DNA of 64,000 nucleotides from Octopus sinensis (Eukaryota). The stretch spans positions 134,478,001-134,542,000 of the forward strand of contig NC_043001.1 of NCBI RefSeq assembly GCF_006345805.1, written 5' to 3'. Below, one piece after another: positions 12,091-25,450 of the stretch. Under the pieces are notes generated by a model. The model searched no databases. It saw only the letters and a program-made list of their open reading frames with translations, and had not been told where the DNA came from. Both the position numbers and the translations under genes were made by a program. Positions within the stretch are counted from its first letter, which is position 1, and the number at the start of each line of letters is the position of its first letter.

Positions 12091-13381
12091 GTGAGTAAAA
12101 TCCTTTCTACTAATACGTACAAGGACTGAATTTTTTTTTGTGGTGCGGGGCTGTAAGTCGATTACATTGACACCACTTTTCAACTAATACTTATTTTATC
12201 GACATCGAAAGAATAAAGGCAAAGCCGACCACGGCGGGGTTCGAACTCAGAATGGAAAGACGGGCGAAATGTTGCTAAATATGTGAATAATATCCGAATT
12301 TAAAATGAAATAACTATATTGCATTATTTTTTAATAATAACATGAAATTTCACATTTAAAATTAACAGAGACTAGATATTGGGGAAAGAAAGATTAATTA
12401 TTAGATATTTTTAATGACTATAAATATATTTGTGAGAAATATATTCTCACAAATCCACAAACTTCCACTGTGGAAATAAATTATGTAAACTGGTATACGG
12501 TACTAGTACCCTGGTATACTTCCTATTTGACACGCTATTTTATATTTTAGTAAGCTTTTTACACTATCTTCGATTTCCTTCTATTGAACCTGGTGTTTCT
12601 AATATTTTAGTTTTTTAGTTTTGTTTGCATGACTTAAGTTTTATATTTCATGTATGAGGGAACCCAAAACAATAAAAACATTTCTTATTCATAAATTATA
12701 AGAAAATCCAATTAAATAACATTCATTTTCGTTTTATTAAAGAGAGGAAAATCTTGGAGCTATTTTCGCGGTTAAGAAGCAGATTGGTGTTTTAAAAAAT
12801 AGTTAATTGACCGGAAGTGATAACAGTGAACTCAGAAAATTTCACGTAAACAATCAATGTAACATAGTCATTGTACAGAACGTGAGTCGACAGGCACACT
12901 GCCATCACTTCCCGCTCTTTCTGTAAAATTTGTGGTGCTGGATTATTGCATTGTTCACGTGACTGTGTTGTCTTATCATGCTTTGACATGCATGACACCA
13001 AATTGCCTTCTCAGTGTCGTCCATTGCTAGGTATAGTACTTTGGGACGGCGTACCTCAGCAGCTATTTCTAAAATACTTTAAATTATCATTAGAATATAC
13101 TATACAACAAGGTACCTATGGAGGCGGCAAAATCATCTGACTGAATACGAGGTGTAGTTTCGATTCCCGGTCAAAGACATTTCGTTTCCTTTAAGCCGCT
13201 CTTAACACCTGATGAAAAGAGAAATAACGCCATTTCACTTCCTGTCCGTTTCTCATCGATAATCAGTTACGATTGTTTTCGCATCTCTCTTGAAATGACT
13301 TTAAAATATCTTGGATTTTTACGGTCCAGACAAAATTTTCAAGTCTAATACCAGAAAGTCCGATTCATTTTGAAGGCGTAA

Positions 13382-13523
13382 CTTCGGTATAGGTACCGGA
13401 AGTACCGGATACATTTCAAGAAACTGTTTTTTTTATATATATATGGGGGTTAGGGGTGGGAGAAAAATGTTTCTGTTATCTCCAGAAATGTAAACAAAGC
13501 CACTTACGGTACCTATACCGAAG
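13382..13523. repeat. Short element with ~22-bp inverted termini
   Basis: CTTCGGTATAGGTACCGGAAGT / ACTTACGGTACCTATACCGAAG; internal GGGGTTAGGGG; no TSD seen. Confidence 0.6.
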
Positions 13524-13663
13524 GATCGCTTTTTTTTCAAACTAGTGAAGACAGAAACGTTCCAATTGTGACCATCGTTTACTGACTCTAGTAATACATA
13601 TAAATTACATTCAATTTTGGGGGATATTATTCATGCACAAAAACCAAAATTTATTGGATCATT

Positions 13664-14525
13664 ATCATCATCATTATCGTTTAATGTCCGCTTTCCATGC
13701 TAGCATGGGTTGGACGTTTCAACTGGGGTCTGGGAAGCCCGAAGGCTGCACCAGGCCAGTCAGATCTGGCAGTGTTTCTACAGCTGGATGCCCTTCCTAA
13801 CGCCAACCACTCCGAGAGTGTAGTGGGTGATTTTATGTGCCAGACGAGGCTGGCGAACGGCCACGCTCTGATGGTGTTTTTTACGTGCCACCGGCACAGA
13901 GGCCAGTCAATGCGGTACTGGCTACGGCCACGTTCGGATGGTTTTCATATGTGCCACCAGCACTGGTACCACAAAACTACAAATTCCATTAGTGTTCATC
14001 GAGTTTGCTTTTGATTTTGTCCATTTTCACTTGCCTCAAGAGGTCTTCACAAGTAGAGTTATGTGTCCCAAGAAGGAAGGTATGCATAGGTGCACTGACT
14101 ACGTTCCAGGTAGGGGCCATGGGTTATGGCCTCACTTGTCCAGCCAGGTCTTCTCACGCACAGCATACTTCCAAAGGTCTCGGTCTCTGGTCATTTCCTT
14201 GGTGAGACTTTTCACACAACTATCTTCATCCATTCTTACTACGTGTCCATACCAGCGTAGACGCCTCTCTTGCACACCACATCTGATGCTTCTTAGGTCC
14301 AACTTTTCTCTCAAGGCACTTACACTCTGTCTGGTATGAACACTGACATTACACATCCAACGGAGCATACTGCTTCATTTCTTGCAAGCTTACGCATATC
14401 CTCAGCAGTCACGGCCCATGTTTCACTGCCATGTAGCATGGCTGTTCGCACACATGCGTCATACAGTCTGCCTTTTACTCTGAGCGAGAGGCCTTTTGTC
14501 ACCAGCAGAGGTAAGAGCTCTCTGA
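13664..14525 (-). mobile_element. RTE-clade LINE 3' fragment with (GAT)n tail
   Basis: KGRLYDACVRTAMLHGSETW and RRLRWYGHVVRMDED motifs, a frameshift and an internal deletion, then the shared 3'UTR ending CCAACCCATGCTAGCATGGAAAGCGGACATTAAACGAT... Confidence 0.88.
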
Positions 14526-15457
14526 TCAAGTATTTGATTTGAAAATTTGAAAATATTCTGTTTTATACACACTATATTTAGGTTAAAGGAAATACTAGAG
14601 AGGAATTAATTACTATTATTGCAAGGAATGTACTGCAAACATGTCCTTTCTCATGATAGATGCACTGTTTGTTTTCTCGAGAAAGACAGGAACAATAACA
14701 CTGCTTTCATCAACCATTTTTGTTATTTCACTACCTTAACATTGCTGATAATATTGATCTCTCATTTATGCCCAACAAGATCACACCACTTTGATAACCT
14801 TCCTCACCTAAGCATCCTCATGCAACCTAGTACACACATTATAGTGGTTGGCATTAGGAAGAGGATCTAACTATTTATGCCAAAGTTGACACTACAGCCC
14901 TCCAGATACTGTCAAACCATTCAACCCATGCCAATATGGAAACAGACTTTAAAGAAAATGATGGTAATGATTAAATATTTCCAAAATCTTATCCTTTTTT
15001 TTTCCTACTTTCAAAAAATACTGGGTTGTTGACAGGATCCAGTAAGTCACAGGATTGCAGGGCTTGAGTGTCAACTCTAACATGATTTCTATGGTTGGAT
15101 GCCCTTCCTAATGCCAACCACTTTACAGTATAAACCAGGTCCTTTTTTCATGCCACCAGCACTAATGATGTCACCATGTAACTTACAAGGCAATAGACAC
15201 TGAGCGAGGCAGCTTTATGCGAGAAAATGAAGGGCTAAAGTACAAGAGAGAGAGAGGTGTGCAAAACAGAACAGGTATCTTGCTGTAGAAGAGTTACATA
15301 GTTACTCACATTTTAGAAATGAGGGTGGGGGTAAGTGGAGCTGGGAAGAAATAAAAATACTGGTAATGAGGTATCTCAATGGACCCTCAGGTTACAAGGT
15401 GAAGAGAAGTGACTCAATACAGAAGAAATGGGAGTGTGGGTGAGTAGAGTGAGAGAT

Positions 15458-15833
15458 GGATGGATGGAAGCACTCCGTCGGTTACGACGATGAGGGTTCC
15501 AGTTGATCCGAATCAACGGAACAGCCTGCTCGTGAAATTAACGTGTAAGTGGCTGAGCACTCCACAGACACGTGCACTCTTAACGTAGTTCTCAGGGATA
15601 TTCAGCGTGACACAGAGTGACATGGCCGGCCCCTTGAAATACAGGTACAACAGAAACAGGAAGTAAGAGTGAGAGAAAGTTGTGGTGAAAGAGTACAGCA
15701 GGGATCACCACCATACCCTGCCGGAGCCTCGTGGAGCTTTTAGGTGTTTTCGCTCAATAAACACTCACAACGCCCGGTCTGGGAATCGAAACCGTGAGTC
15801 CGCTACCCTAACCACTGGGCCATTGCGCCTCCT
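15458..15833 (-). mobile_element. SINE family B, tail type 1
   Basis: Same head, different 3' half ending GTAACCGACGGAGTGCTTCC; 13-bp TSD TAGAGTGAGAGAT. Confidence 0.9.
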
Positions 15834-16149
15834 TAGAGTGAGAGATAGGGAATGAGTGAAGAACAAGTGTTTAGGTTTGGTTATAGTGAATGGTGGATAA
15901 GGAGTGAGGGTGTCCGATGACACATGGAGGTGAAGACTGGGGAAGGAGTGAGAGAGAGAGATTACATGTAGCTGGGTAGGTGGTAAGAATGTAAGGGGAG
16001 ATAGGCATGAGAGACTTGGTGATGAAGGAGAGATAATTTGGTGGTTGGTGGGGGTGCTCGGTGTAAAATGTGAGTGGAGAGTACAGTATTAAGGATCAAG
16101 GATGGACATCAAGTAAAAGCAGTGAGAAAGATTAATGGTATCATGAAAG

Positions 16150-16369
16150 GCGGTGAGCTGGCAGAAACGGTAGCACACCGGGCGAAATGCTTTGCGGTAT
16201 TTCGCCTGCCGCTACGTTCTGAGTTCAAATTCCGCCGAGGTCGAATTTGCCTTTCATCCTTTCAGGGTCGATTAAATAAGTACCAGTTACGCACTGGGGT
16301 CGATATAATCGACTTAATCCGTCTGTTTGTCCTCTCTGCGTTTAGCCCCTTGTGGGTAGTAAAGAAATA
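16150..16369 (+). mobile_element. tRNA-derived SINE family D
   Basis: GGCGGTGAGCTGGCAGAA...GTTCAAATTCC...GCCTTTCATCCTTTCAGGGTCGAT...AAAGAAATA; 13-bp TSD GGTATCATGAAAG. Confidence 0.9.
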
Positions 16370-16465
16370 GGTATCATGAAAGAGCTTGAAGTTCAAGTGG
16401 TGGAGGTGTCTTGAGGACGAAATTAGGTGAGGGGAGCCCAGTTATGTGTATATTGGTGTGTATAC

Positions 16466-16770
16466 ATTACGATCGTGAGGTTGTGAGTTTGATTCCCGGA
16501 CTGGGCTGCGTGTTGTGTTCTTGAGAAAGACAACTTTATTTCATGTTCATTGCTCCAGTTAGCTCAGCTGTAGAAATGAGTTGCGACATCACTGGTGCCA
16601 AGCTGTATCGGCCTTTGCCGTTCCATCGAAAAATATCAGTGGTGTGGAGAGAGGAGGCTGGTGTGCATGGGTGACTGCTGGTCTTCCATAAACAACCTTG
16701 CCCAAACTTGTGCCTTGGAGGGTAACTTTCTAGGTGCAATCACATGATCGTTCATGACCAAAGGGGGTCT
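16466..16770 (+). mobile_element. SINE family C, tail type 3, 5'-truncated
   Basis: High similarity to 19589-19931. Confidence 0.85.
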
Positions 16771-17720
16771 CCTCGTGCATATGCATATAGGTATGTTGGT
16801 AGTTCTTAGAAAGTAGAACAAATTGCTTGGCAGTATTTATTCAAGCTCTCTAATCTCTGAGTTCATTCTACCAAGGTCAACTTTGCCTTTCATCTCTTCA
16901 TTCTTTAATTTTAACTTCTGTTTTTCCATGCTAGCATGGGTTTTAGCAGCAATTTATTTAAGACAGAATTTTCCAACTAGATGCTCTTCCCATCACCAGA
17001 TCTTATGTTTTTCGAGTAAGGGTAATTCATTTTATTCATGGTTACTAAATATAATACCAATCCAGTATGGCTGATAAGTAGAACTGATACAGAATGTTGG
17101 ACAAGATGCCTTATGGTATTTATTCTTGTACTTTATGCTTAAAGTTCTTAAGCAGTAGATTTAATCCATTGTCTGGTCCTCAAATGTTTTTAGCAGAGTT
17201 TATTCTGTTGTAAGCATTCAGATCAGGTCTCTGGTTTGAAGACAATGAAGATAACTTCTCATCAGACTTGGAGGTGCAAAAAAAATATAAGAGGGCATGA
17301 GTGCTAACTTTCTTTTCTTACTAATCATCATCATCAGCTTCATTTAGCATGCTTTCCATGCATGATCCAGTAAGCTTTAGTGCTGAGCCAAACTCCAGTG
17401 TTAACTTTATCGTGTTCTCTTTGGCTCAGTGCCCTTCTTAATGTCAACCACTTTACAGTGTCTATTGGATTCTTTTTTTTTATGCCACCAGCTCTAGTGA
17501 GGTAGCCAAGTAAGTTGCAAGACAGAAAAAGAATGGAGAAGGGAAAATCTCCTATGATTAAGTGTTTGTAGAGATATTAGTGAAGGAAAGGTAGCTTATG
17601 CCAAGTGCTGAGTGGCTAAAGTATGATAGAACATCTCATCACCTGGCAATAAGCTAGTATAAAAATGAAAAAAAAAACATTCTTTTTTAAATATCCTACA
17701 CGCTGTTATCATTCATACAC

Positions 17721-18122
17721 AAGAAGTAGCTGTGTGGTAAGTAGCTTGCTTACCAACCACATAGTTCCGGGTTCAGTCCCACTGCATGACACCTTGGGCA
17801 AGTGTCTTCTACTATAGCCTCGGGCCAACCAAAGCCTTGTGAATGGATTTGGCAGACGGAAACTGAAAGAAGCCCATCGTACATATGTATATATATGTGT
17901 GTGTTTGTATGTCTGTGTTTGTCCCCCCAACATCGCTTGACAACCGATGCCGGTGTGTTTACGTCCCCGTAACTTAGCGGTTCGGCAAAAGAGACCGATG
18001 GACTAAGTACTAGGCTTACAAAGAATAAGACCTGGGGTCGATTTGCTTGACTAAAGGCGATGCTCCAGCATGGCCACAGCCAAATGACTGAAACAAGTAA
18101 AAGGGTAAAAAAAGAAAAGAGA
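17721..18122 (+). mobile_element. tRNA-derived SINE family A
   Basis: Head GTGGCTGTGTGGTAAG...GGGTTCAGTCCC (A/B boxes), CCTTGGGCAAGT motif, internal (TA)(TG) tract, tail GACTGAAACAAGTAAAAG. Confidence 0.88.
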
Positions 18123-18944
18123 GAAAGCTGTCTCACACCAGATTTGCGCTGCTGACATAAACAGAAGCATGAAGACATGACAATTTAGGCTTCTTCAACA
18201 CAACCAAGATACAATCACTATGTCATAGCTATACGCAATTCCATGCATCCATCTCTGTCCACTATTCCTGACAAGGTCATGGGGGTAGAGTCCTCAGGTA
18301 CTTCCTCTATAGAGTTCTATCAGAGGCAGCTGTAATTATGCTTTGTGGCTGAATCCCCAGGTGTGACCAACTGAGACTATGGATACTATCCAGACATCTC
18401 TTCCTTGATCTACCCTTAGTTTTTCTACTGGTTGGCTTGGCTTCAAGAATCTGTCTTCCAATTCTTTGATGCAACTTTCTTATCACACATATAGAAAATC
18501 TTCACGTATTTAGTATTGTGCCAAAACTGCACCAGATGTCTAGGATCCTCTTTGGAGCCCCAGCAGTTGGTGAGCTTTGATAGAATTTAACTATAACCTG
18601 TACTGGATTAGTACTCATCTAGCTAACACAGTGCTGCTGCTGCTACTACTACTACTACTACTACACAAGTGTGTACATGCACACACATACGCAAACATAT
18701 TTCACAAAAGAGACCATCTAGGTGATTGATAATCACTCATTCACCTTTACTTAACCATGCATCAACAAAGGAACCTCTACATGGGCCAACAAAGGAGCCT
18801 CTACATGAGCCAACAAACAAGCTTCTATCACCAAAAAATACCCTCACATTACACCCTAACATCTTGAACAAGGAAGGACATATTACATAATGTAGTCCAA
18901 GACTTCCGATGACCATCCCATAGACATCCAGTCCATGAGATGGT

Positions 18945-19415
18945 CATGGATAGAATATCCTTGATTGTAAGTCTACCCAAGGACATACTCTACGGAGCTT
19001 GCTAGGGGTACTAGGTCTGTGGGTAGACCGATCTTACGTTACAAGGATGTTTGCAAAAGGGATATGAAGGCCTGCAACATCAATATTAGCGGTTGGGAGG
19101 CAGTTGCCGGCAACCGTGGAGAATGGCGACGTACCGTAAAAGAGGGAATACAAAGGAGTGACAGAGAGAGAGAGAGGAGAAATGGAAAGAAAGGAAGAGA
19201 TGTAAACAAGAGACTATGGCACTACAACCAGCCAGGAACAGTCTTCGCTACATTTGCGGTACCTGCCAGAGGGAGTGTTTGTCCAGGATAGGACTACACA
19301 GCCACAGCAGGAAATGTATCAGGACATGAAATATAAAAGCCGGACTAGACTACTTCATGCGCAACTCCATTGTCTCCCGAGACAGAAAGGATGCCAATAC
19401 AATACAAGTCTACCC
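18945..19415 (+). mobile_element. RTE (BovB-like) LINE 3' fragment
   Basis: LPKDILYGxLARG..GRPILRYKDVCKRDMK..W..R.EWR and C-terminal CxxCxRxCxSRIGLHSHSRKC zinc-finger-like motif across frameshifts. Confidence 0.8.
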
Positions 19416-19588
19416 AATCAAAGTTGATCTGATACTAACAACTTGTTTCTTTTTAAATTTGTTTTAGTTTTACTGCAATGGATTTTTTTTTCCTTCTCTC
19501 AAATGGCAGACTGCATATCACCTCCACTCATGTTGCATTCATCCATGTCATTGCCTCTCATGTTGTGTTACCTCTACACATATTGACT

Positions 19589-19931
19589 GTGAAGGCGCGT
19601 GGCTCAGTGGTTAGAGCGTCGAGCTCACGATCGTGAGGTTGTGAGCTCGAATCCCGGACCGGGCTGCGTGTTGTGTTCTTGAGCAAGACACTTTATTTCA
19701 CGTTGCTCCAGTTCACTCAGCTGTAGAAATGAGTTGCGACGTCACAGGTGCCAAGCTGTATCGGCCCTTGCCTTTCCCTTGGACAACATCGGTGACGTGG
19801 AGAGGGGAGGCCGGTATGCATGGGCGACTGCTGGTCTTCCATAAAAAAACAACCTTGGCCAGACTTGTGCCTCAGAGGGTAACTCTCTAGGTGCAAACCC
19901 ATGGTCAGTGTCTGACCGAAGGGGGTAACTA
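19589..19931 (+). mobile_element. tRNA-derived SINE family C, tail type 3
   Basis: Head GGCGCGTGGCTCAGTGGTTAGAGC...TCGAATCCC; 14-bp TSD TACACATATTGACT. Confidence 0.9.
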
Positions 19932-20039
19932 TACACATATTGACTCTTCTCATGTCACATCCACTCATGTTTGTAAAGCCAGATCAACTTGAGACTGTTT
20001 TATGTCATTCCCCAGGGTGGGGAATATCATAGAGCAGAT

Positions 20040-21400
20040 TTGATGTAAACAATGTCTTTGAAATTATGTTTGCAGGCTATCCTTGTAGCTAAACTACTTG
20101 CCTACGGTTTCCATCTGTCTCTCATCTCCTGGATCGATAATTTCCTGTCAGCATGTAGTGATGGATCTCTCTTAGATCCACACTCTATAAGTTTTGGTGT
20201 GTCCAAAGTTCAGCTTTGTCCCCCTTTTCTTGTACATCAAGTCTACTCCTATACTTATGATACCACTTATCACTATTTCTAAGCCTTCTCCACATAAGCC
20301 CTATCTACATGCAACCTATACACTTCACACCAAACCTGCCTCCATGAACAAAGACTTCCAAAACATTCTCCAATGGAGTCTTTTCCAACAGTACAAAGAC
20401 AGTCCCTGCACACATCAAGGAAATGCCTTTGTATTCCCTCACCACCAATATATAAACAACATGTGTCTAAAAACCTTTAGATTACTACAAATATTAGAAG
20501 ACCAGGCAGGACAAGTGAGCCCAGCCCACTTATGCATGCCTTTCCTCCCTTGGACACACAAAGACCTGTTGAGGCAAGCGAAGTCGATATCGAACCTCAT
20601 CCGACAACAGGCACCCATGCCAACCCCCTTTGCTTGCGAAGACCTGTTGGGGCAAGTGAAATCGGAATCGAAATTGAACCAATCCTATGACTGGCACCCG
20701 GCAGATGCCAGGACCCCTAGACTGGTGGTACGTAAAAAGCACTATCCGAATCGTGGCCGATGCCAGCGCCGCCTCGACTGGCTTCCGTGCCGGTGGCACG
20801 TAAAAAGCACCCACTACACTCACGGAGTGGTTGGCATTAGGAAGGGCATCCAGCTGTAGAAACATTGCCAGATAAGACTGGAGCCTGGTGCAGCCTTCTG
20901 GCTTCCCAGATCCCCAGTCGAACCATCCAACCCATGCTAGCATGGAGAACGGATGTTAAACGATGATGATGATGATGATGATATTTCTAAAGATCTCTCC
21001 TGGTAATCTCAGTATAACAGCCTGCATCTCAGAGACTAGCCTTCCATTTCAGAACCAGAAAATGCTTCAGTTCCTAACACTTACTAGCTCTGTATAAAGC
21101 TCAAATGAGATCTTCAATAAAATTAAATTTTGGACAGTGTTGCTGTTAAACATGTGATCATCTTAGGCCTCTTCCAATAAAAGTTACCTATCTAATTAAC
21201 ATAGAGTCACTCATTAGCACATTCCAACCTCTAGCCTACAAACATGCTGTCTCCTCTCACAGCTTTTTCCACTGCTCTTCAGGTCCGGTTGCTCTTATAC
21301 CTCCACTCATGTCTATCCAACCCATTTGCCTCTTCTTTTAGCACCCACTTTGTGTCCATCACCTACCACAGTCCTCATTACATAGGAAACCAAAACTACA
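20040..21400 (+). mobile_element. Old L2/CR1-group LINE RT remnant, interrupted at ~20505-20982
   Basis: KLLAYGFHLSLISWIDNFLS...SISFGV before the insertion and ISKDLSW-like sequence resuming after it; heavily degenerate. Confidence 0.55.
20505..20982 (+). mobile_element. RTE 3'UTR fragment with (GAT)n tail nested in the L2-like remnant
   Basis: Same 3'UTR as 13664-14525 (GGCACGTAAAAAGCACCCACTACAC...CCAACCCATGCTAGCATGG...GATGATGAT). Confidence 0.85.
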
Positions 21401-22334
21401 GTTTAAGGATTGCGTAAAGCCTTCATTGAAAGCATGTGAAATATAGGAGGTCAGTTAAGAAAGCAATGCTTGTCGTCGTCACTGATGGAGGAAACAAGTA
21501 AAGGAAGGAGCAATTATTTTCAAAAAAACATGCATTTTTCATGCAGTATCTGCCCAAAAATACACTACCAATGCAGTGAATGGGGGAACCTTGGTCTGCA
21601 ATATCTATGGATGTGTATGTTTATCTTTGTCAAGAACTGGGTTCATTAGTCACCCCAAAGTCACAAGTGTCAAATATAAAGTTACCCGAGTGTACAATTT
21701 CTTAATGGTCAGCGACACTCTTCCTCGATCGTGTATATCCAAACATATAAATTCGACATGGGCGATTCTTTCTTTTCTTGGGATTCACGGTCAAACGGCT
21801 GGGTGGAATTGTGCGAAAAATGACGCAGATGATCTAGTGGTGTTGCTGGGCTTTGTAGTTTTGCATAGCTCCCATGGCTACCGAGATAATCTACTATAAT
21901 AATACTCTTGTGTTTATGAATGAGAAAGGAAGGGGTGATGTCATACTTGGTAGTAGGATGATGAAAATTGTACGCTGCAAAAATAAATCAGCTTTTCAAC
22001 TCTGTGTGAATATATGTGTGTGTATGTAAGGGGGGGGGGGTATGTGAATACTTGTGTGTGCGTGTGCGTGCACAATGGAAGTGGGATGGTTCATCTTTGT
22101 TTGCTTAGTATTTGGATTTACTTTTTGATTTGGTTGAATTTTGGTTGGTCTATTTTTTTGTTGGTCAGTTATTTTTAGCGTTTTGACAGAAAATGTCATT
22201 CTAAAATTATTTTTTAATGTAAGCATACCCAAACAATTCGAATGCTTACACAGAGCAGGTTTTACAGCCACATCATCCAAAACGACCGGGTTAAATCGGG
22301 CTTAGCTGCTAGTATATATATATATGTGTGTGTG

Positions 22335-22373
<39 letters not shown>

Positions 22374-22938
22374 ATATATTTATGTATATTTGCAAGATCA
22401 CATTACAATGTAAGGATGAATTAATGTTGGAAAGTCTTTCTGGGAGTAGTTGGTAGGCTAAAGAAGACTTGGGGTACTTAGGTCAAATCAGAGACTTCAT
22501 GTAAGCAGGCGAGAGATAGATAAATATCTTGCTGCACAGGATAGAATATCAGCCTTTTATATGTAACTTTCCACTGAAATATAATGAGTCAAGTGTACAG
22601 TTGCCACACTCAATGGAATTTCAACAATCTAGGAGATGATGGTCCACTTCTCAGTAGTACTAGTGGTCAACTTGATGAGTAAATAGAGGAGTCTCTATCA
22701 ACTTGCTAGAAATAGTAACCAAATTTCTCTCAAAAGCATATTGCCTCTTAAAATGGCAGGACTCATTCTAAGATACTCTTTATTTGAAAAAGAGAATGAT
22801 TGGTCACAAGTGGATGGTTTTTGATGATAAATCTGCTTTGTGAAAAGTGACATAAACTGGACATAAATTGCATAATCTCTCGCACTTGATAGAATTACCT
22901 CAAAAATCATACCCTTCTATCTTCGAACAAGGACACAT

Positions 22939-23451
22939 CATCATCATCATTGTTCAACTGTGGTCGAGACAATGGAATTTACCATGCTACGCCAGACTTC
23001 ACGGTCCATCATGGCATTACGGAGATCCTGTTGCTGGATGCCTGTATCCCTGGAGATTACATCAGGGTAGGAGAGTGTACGCCCTCTGGTATTGCGAGTA
23101 GATGGCTTCCAGAGGAGAAGATTAGAAATTACTTCTTTTTCAGCTCTACAACAATGTCCAGCAAACTGGACTCTCCTACCTTTCACAAGAGATGACACAG
23201 GTGGTAGTTTCCCATATATTTGTACTTTGGTTGGATGACGCTTCCACGAGAGATTTTGAGCTCTCATAAGGAGGCGAGTGTAGGTTCCATCCAACCGCCT
23301 CTCAAGCTTCTTTGATAACGTCCAGGTTTCTGAGCCATATAGTAGAATTGGTTCGACTGTGGCTTTGAATATTTCAAGTTTGAAGTCTCTACTTAAATTT
23401 GATGACCAGATCTTATGCATGTCATTACAGGCTGACCAGGCCATACCCTTT
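22939..23451 (-). mobile_element. RTE-X-like LINE, 5'-truncated, young
   Basis: Uninterrupted 165-aa frame (KLEIFKATVEPILLYGSETW...RRVQFAGHC...LLWKP) ending in a (GAT)n tail; 11-bp direct repeat CAAGGACACAT at 22928-22938 and 23452-23462. Confidence 0.9.
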
Positions 23452-23780
23452 CAAGGACACATTTGATAGTGTTGTCTTAGATACACTATGTCTGAATAAA
23501 AGACAGGATGGTTAAGGTTGAAACACCTTTCATTAGGGATAGGAAATGTCATTTTGTGTTGAAAGGACACATTGAAGTTACCTGTCATATGACGACTGCA
23601 TTTGTTTAAAAATCTTTACACTGCCCAAGAGTTTTGGCATAAGCATTCTCATTGTTACTCTTTCTTTCTTCAGATTTCTGTTTTTAAACACAATTATAAT
23701 GACTTAAAACAAATAATTACAATTATAGATAAAGAAATATAATTAGTACTTCTAAAATTTACAATTTATTTTAAAAGATA

Positions 23781-24180
23781 AGCAGGAGTGGCTGTGTGGT
23801 AAGTAACTTGTTTACCAACCACATGGTTCCGGGTTCAGTCCCACTGCGTGGCACCTTGGGCAAGTGTCTTCTGCTATAGCCTCGGGCCGACCAAAGCCTT
23901 GTGAGTGGATTTGGTAGACGGAAACTGAAAGAAGCCCGTTGTATATATGTATATATATGCATGTGTGTGTTTGTGTGTCTGTTTGTCCCCCTAGCATTGC
24001 TTGACAACCGATGCTGGTGTGTTTATGTCCCCGTTACTTAGCGGTTCGGCAAAAGAGACCGATAGAATAAGTACTGGGCTTACAAAAGAATAAGTCCCGG
24101 GGTCGAGTTACTCGATTAAAGGCGGTGCTCCAGCATGGCCGCAGTCAAATGACTGAAACAACTAAAAGAGTAAAGAGTAA
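23781..24180 (+). mobile_element. SINE family A
   Basis: Full-length copy with (GTAAAGA)n tail. Confidence 0.9.
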
Positions 24181-25064
24181 ATGAAATTAAATGAACAAAA
24201 AAAATATTCTAGTTGAATGATTTTTTTTCTTCCCAAACATTGTACTTCTTTGAGAAGGCCAAACTTAAATCTTCAGAGAGGCACACGTAGCCTTAACGCC
24301 ACAAGTTACCCCACCTCTACCTTTGATCATAAGCCTTTTGTGATCAAGTCTGAGCTGGGACTAAGCAACAACAATAATTCAACCTTTTCAATTATCCCTT
24401 ATTCCATTCCTCTAATATTGATTTAGATATATCTGTTGTGGTAACAAGTCTGGAGACAGACTTGAAAGCTTAAACTGCTTTTAAAAAGACAAAAGCTTAT
24501 GAAAACTATCAAGTTGATATTTGTCCAGGTGACTTTAACGACTACTCATTAACAAACACAACTGCCTTATATGTATTTTTTTAATCTCCATACTTAGGTA
24601 AAACAATAAAGAAAACTTAAGCTCTCAACAGATACTTCCCTCCCCCCCCACTTCCTTCTTGGATGCTATGATATTAATAAAAAAAAAAAATTTAAAAAAG
24701 AACAATGCAGAGATGAGAGAAATTGTGATTGATTAAAAAATTTTTTTTTTAAATTAAAAAAGTTTTTTTTTTTGTTTTTGTTTTGTTTGATGGGAGATGA
24801 TTGGTTACCTGCTTGTGTAACTAATTGAACAGTATATATAATCAATAAATATTTTCATCAGCTGAGCAACTGCAAGCACAAAATATACACCTGCATTAGT
24901 AATATTTATTGCTGTCGCCACCACCATCGCTGTCAATGACAACCATAACAACAACAACATCTGAGGTAACCATGGAGTTGGTTTGTGGTTTCTAGACCTG
25001 ATTGAGACAGCTGCCTAAAATTCTCTCAAATTTTACTATATTTTCTTATTAAAGAGAGAACATA

Positions 25065-25450
25065 GGCGCAGGAGTGGCTGTGTGGTAAGTAGCTTGCTAA
25101 CCAACCACATGGTTCCGGGTTCAGTCCCACTGCGTGGCATCTTGGGCAAGTGTCTTCTTCTATAGCCCCGGGCCGACCAGTGCCTTGTGAGTGGATTTGG
25201 TAGACGGAAACTGAAAGAAGCCTGTCGTATATATGTATATATATATATGTGTATGTGTGTCTGTGTTTGTCCCCCTAGCATTGCTGGTGTGTTTATGTCC
25301 CCGTCACTTAGCGGTTCGGCAAAAGAGACCGATAGAATAAGTACTGGGCTTACAAAGAATAAGTCCCGGGGTCGAGTTGCTCGATTAAAGGCGGTGCTCC
25401 AGCATGGCCGCAGTCAAAATGACTGAAACAAGTAAAAGAAAAGAAAGAAA
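25065..25450 (+). mobile_element. SINE family A
   Basis: Full-length copy. Confidence 0.9.

Noticed and set aside
12091-12129. Extension of the 11911-12129 ORF to its stop (VSKILSTNTYKD)
   Set aside because: Homology to PSMG4 ends at TKY and a consensus GTGAGT donor follows; the extension is intron read-through.
13015-13111. Possible PSMG4 exon 2 (TCTCAG acceptor, AAG|GTACC donor)
   Set aside because: Translation CRPLLGIVLWDGVPQQLFLKY... has no resemblance to PAC4.
19589-19665. tRNA-like sequences at the SINE heads (families A-D)
   Set aside because: They keep A/B boxes but lack complete acceptor stems and run into SINE bodies with TSDs; not tRNA genes.
20194-20859. Longest ORF (221 aa)
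   Set aside because: Chimeric read-through across an L2-like remnant and a nested RTE 3'UTR.
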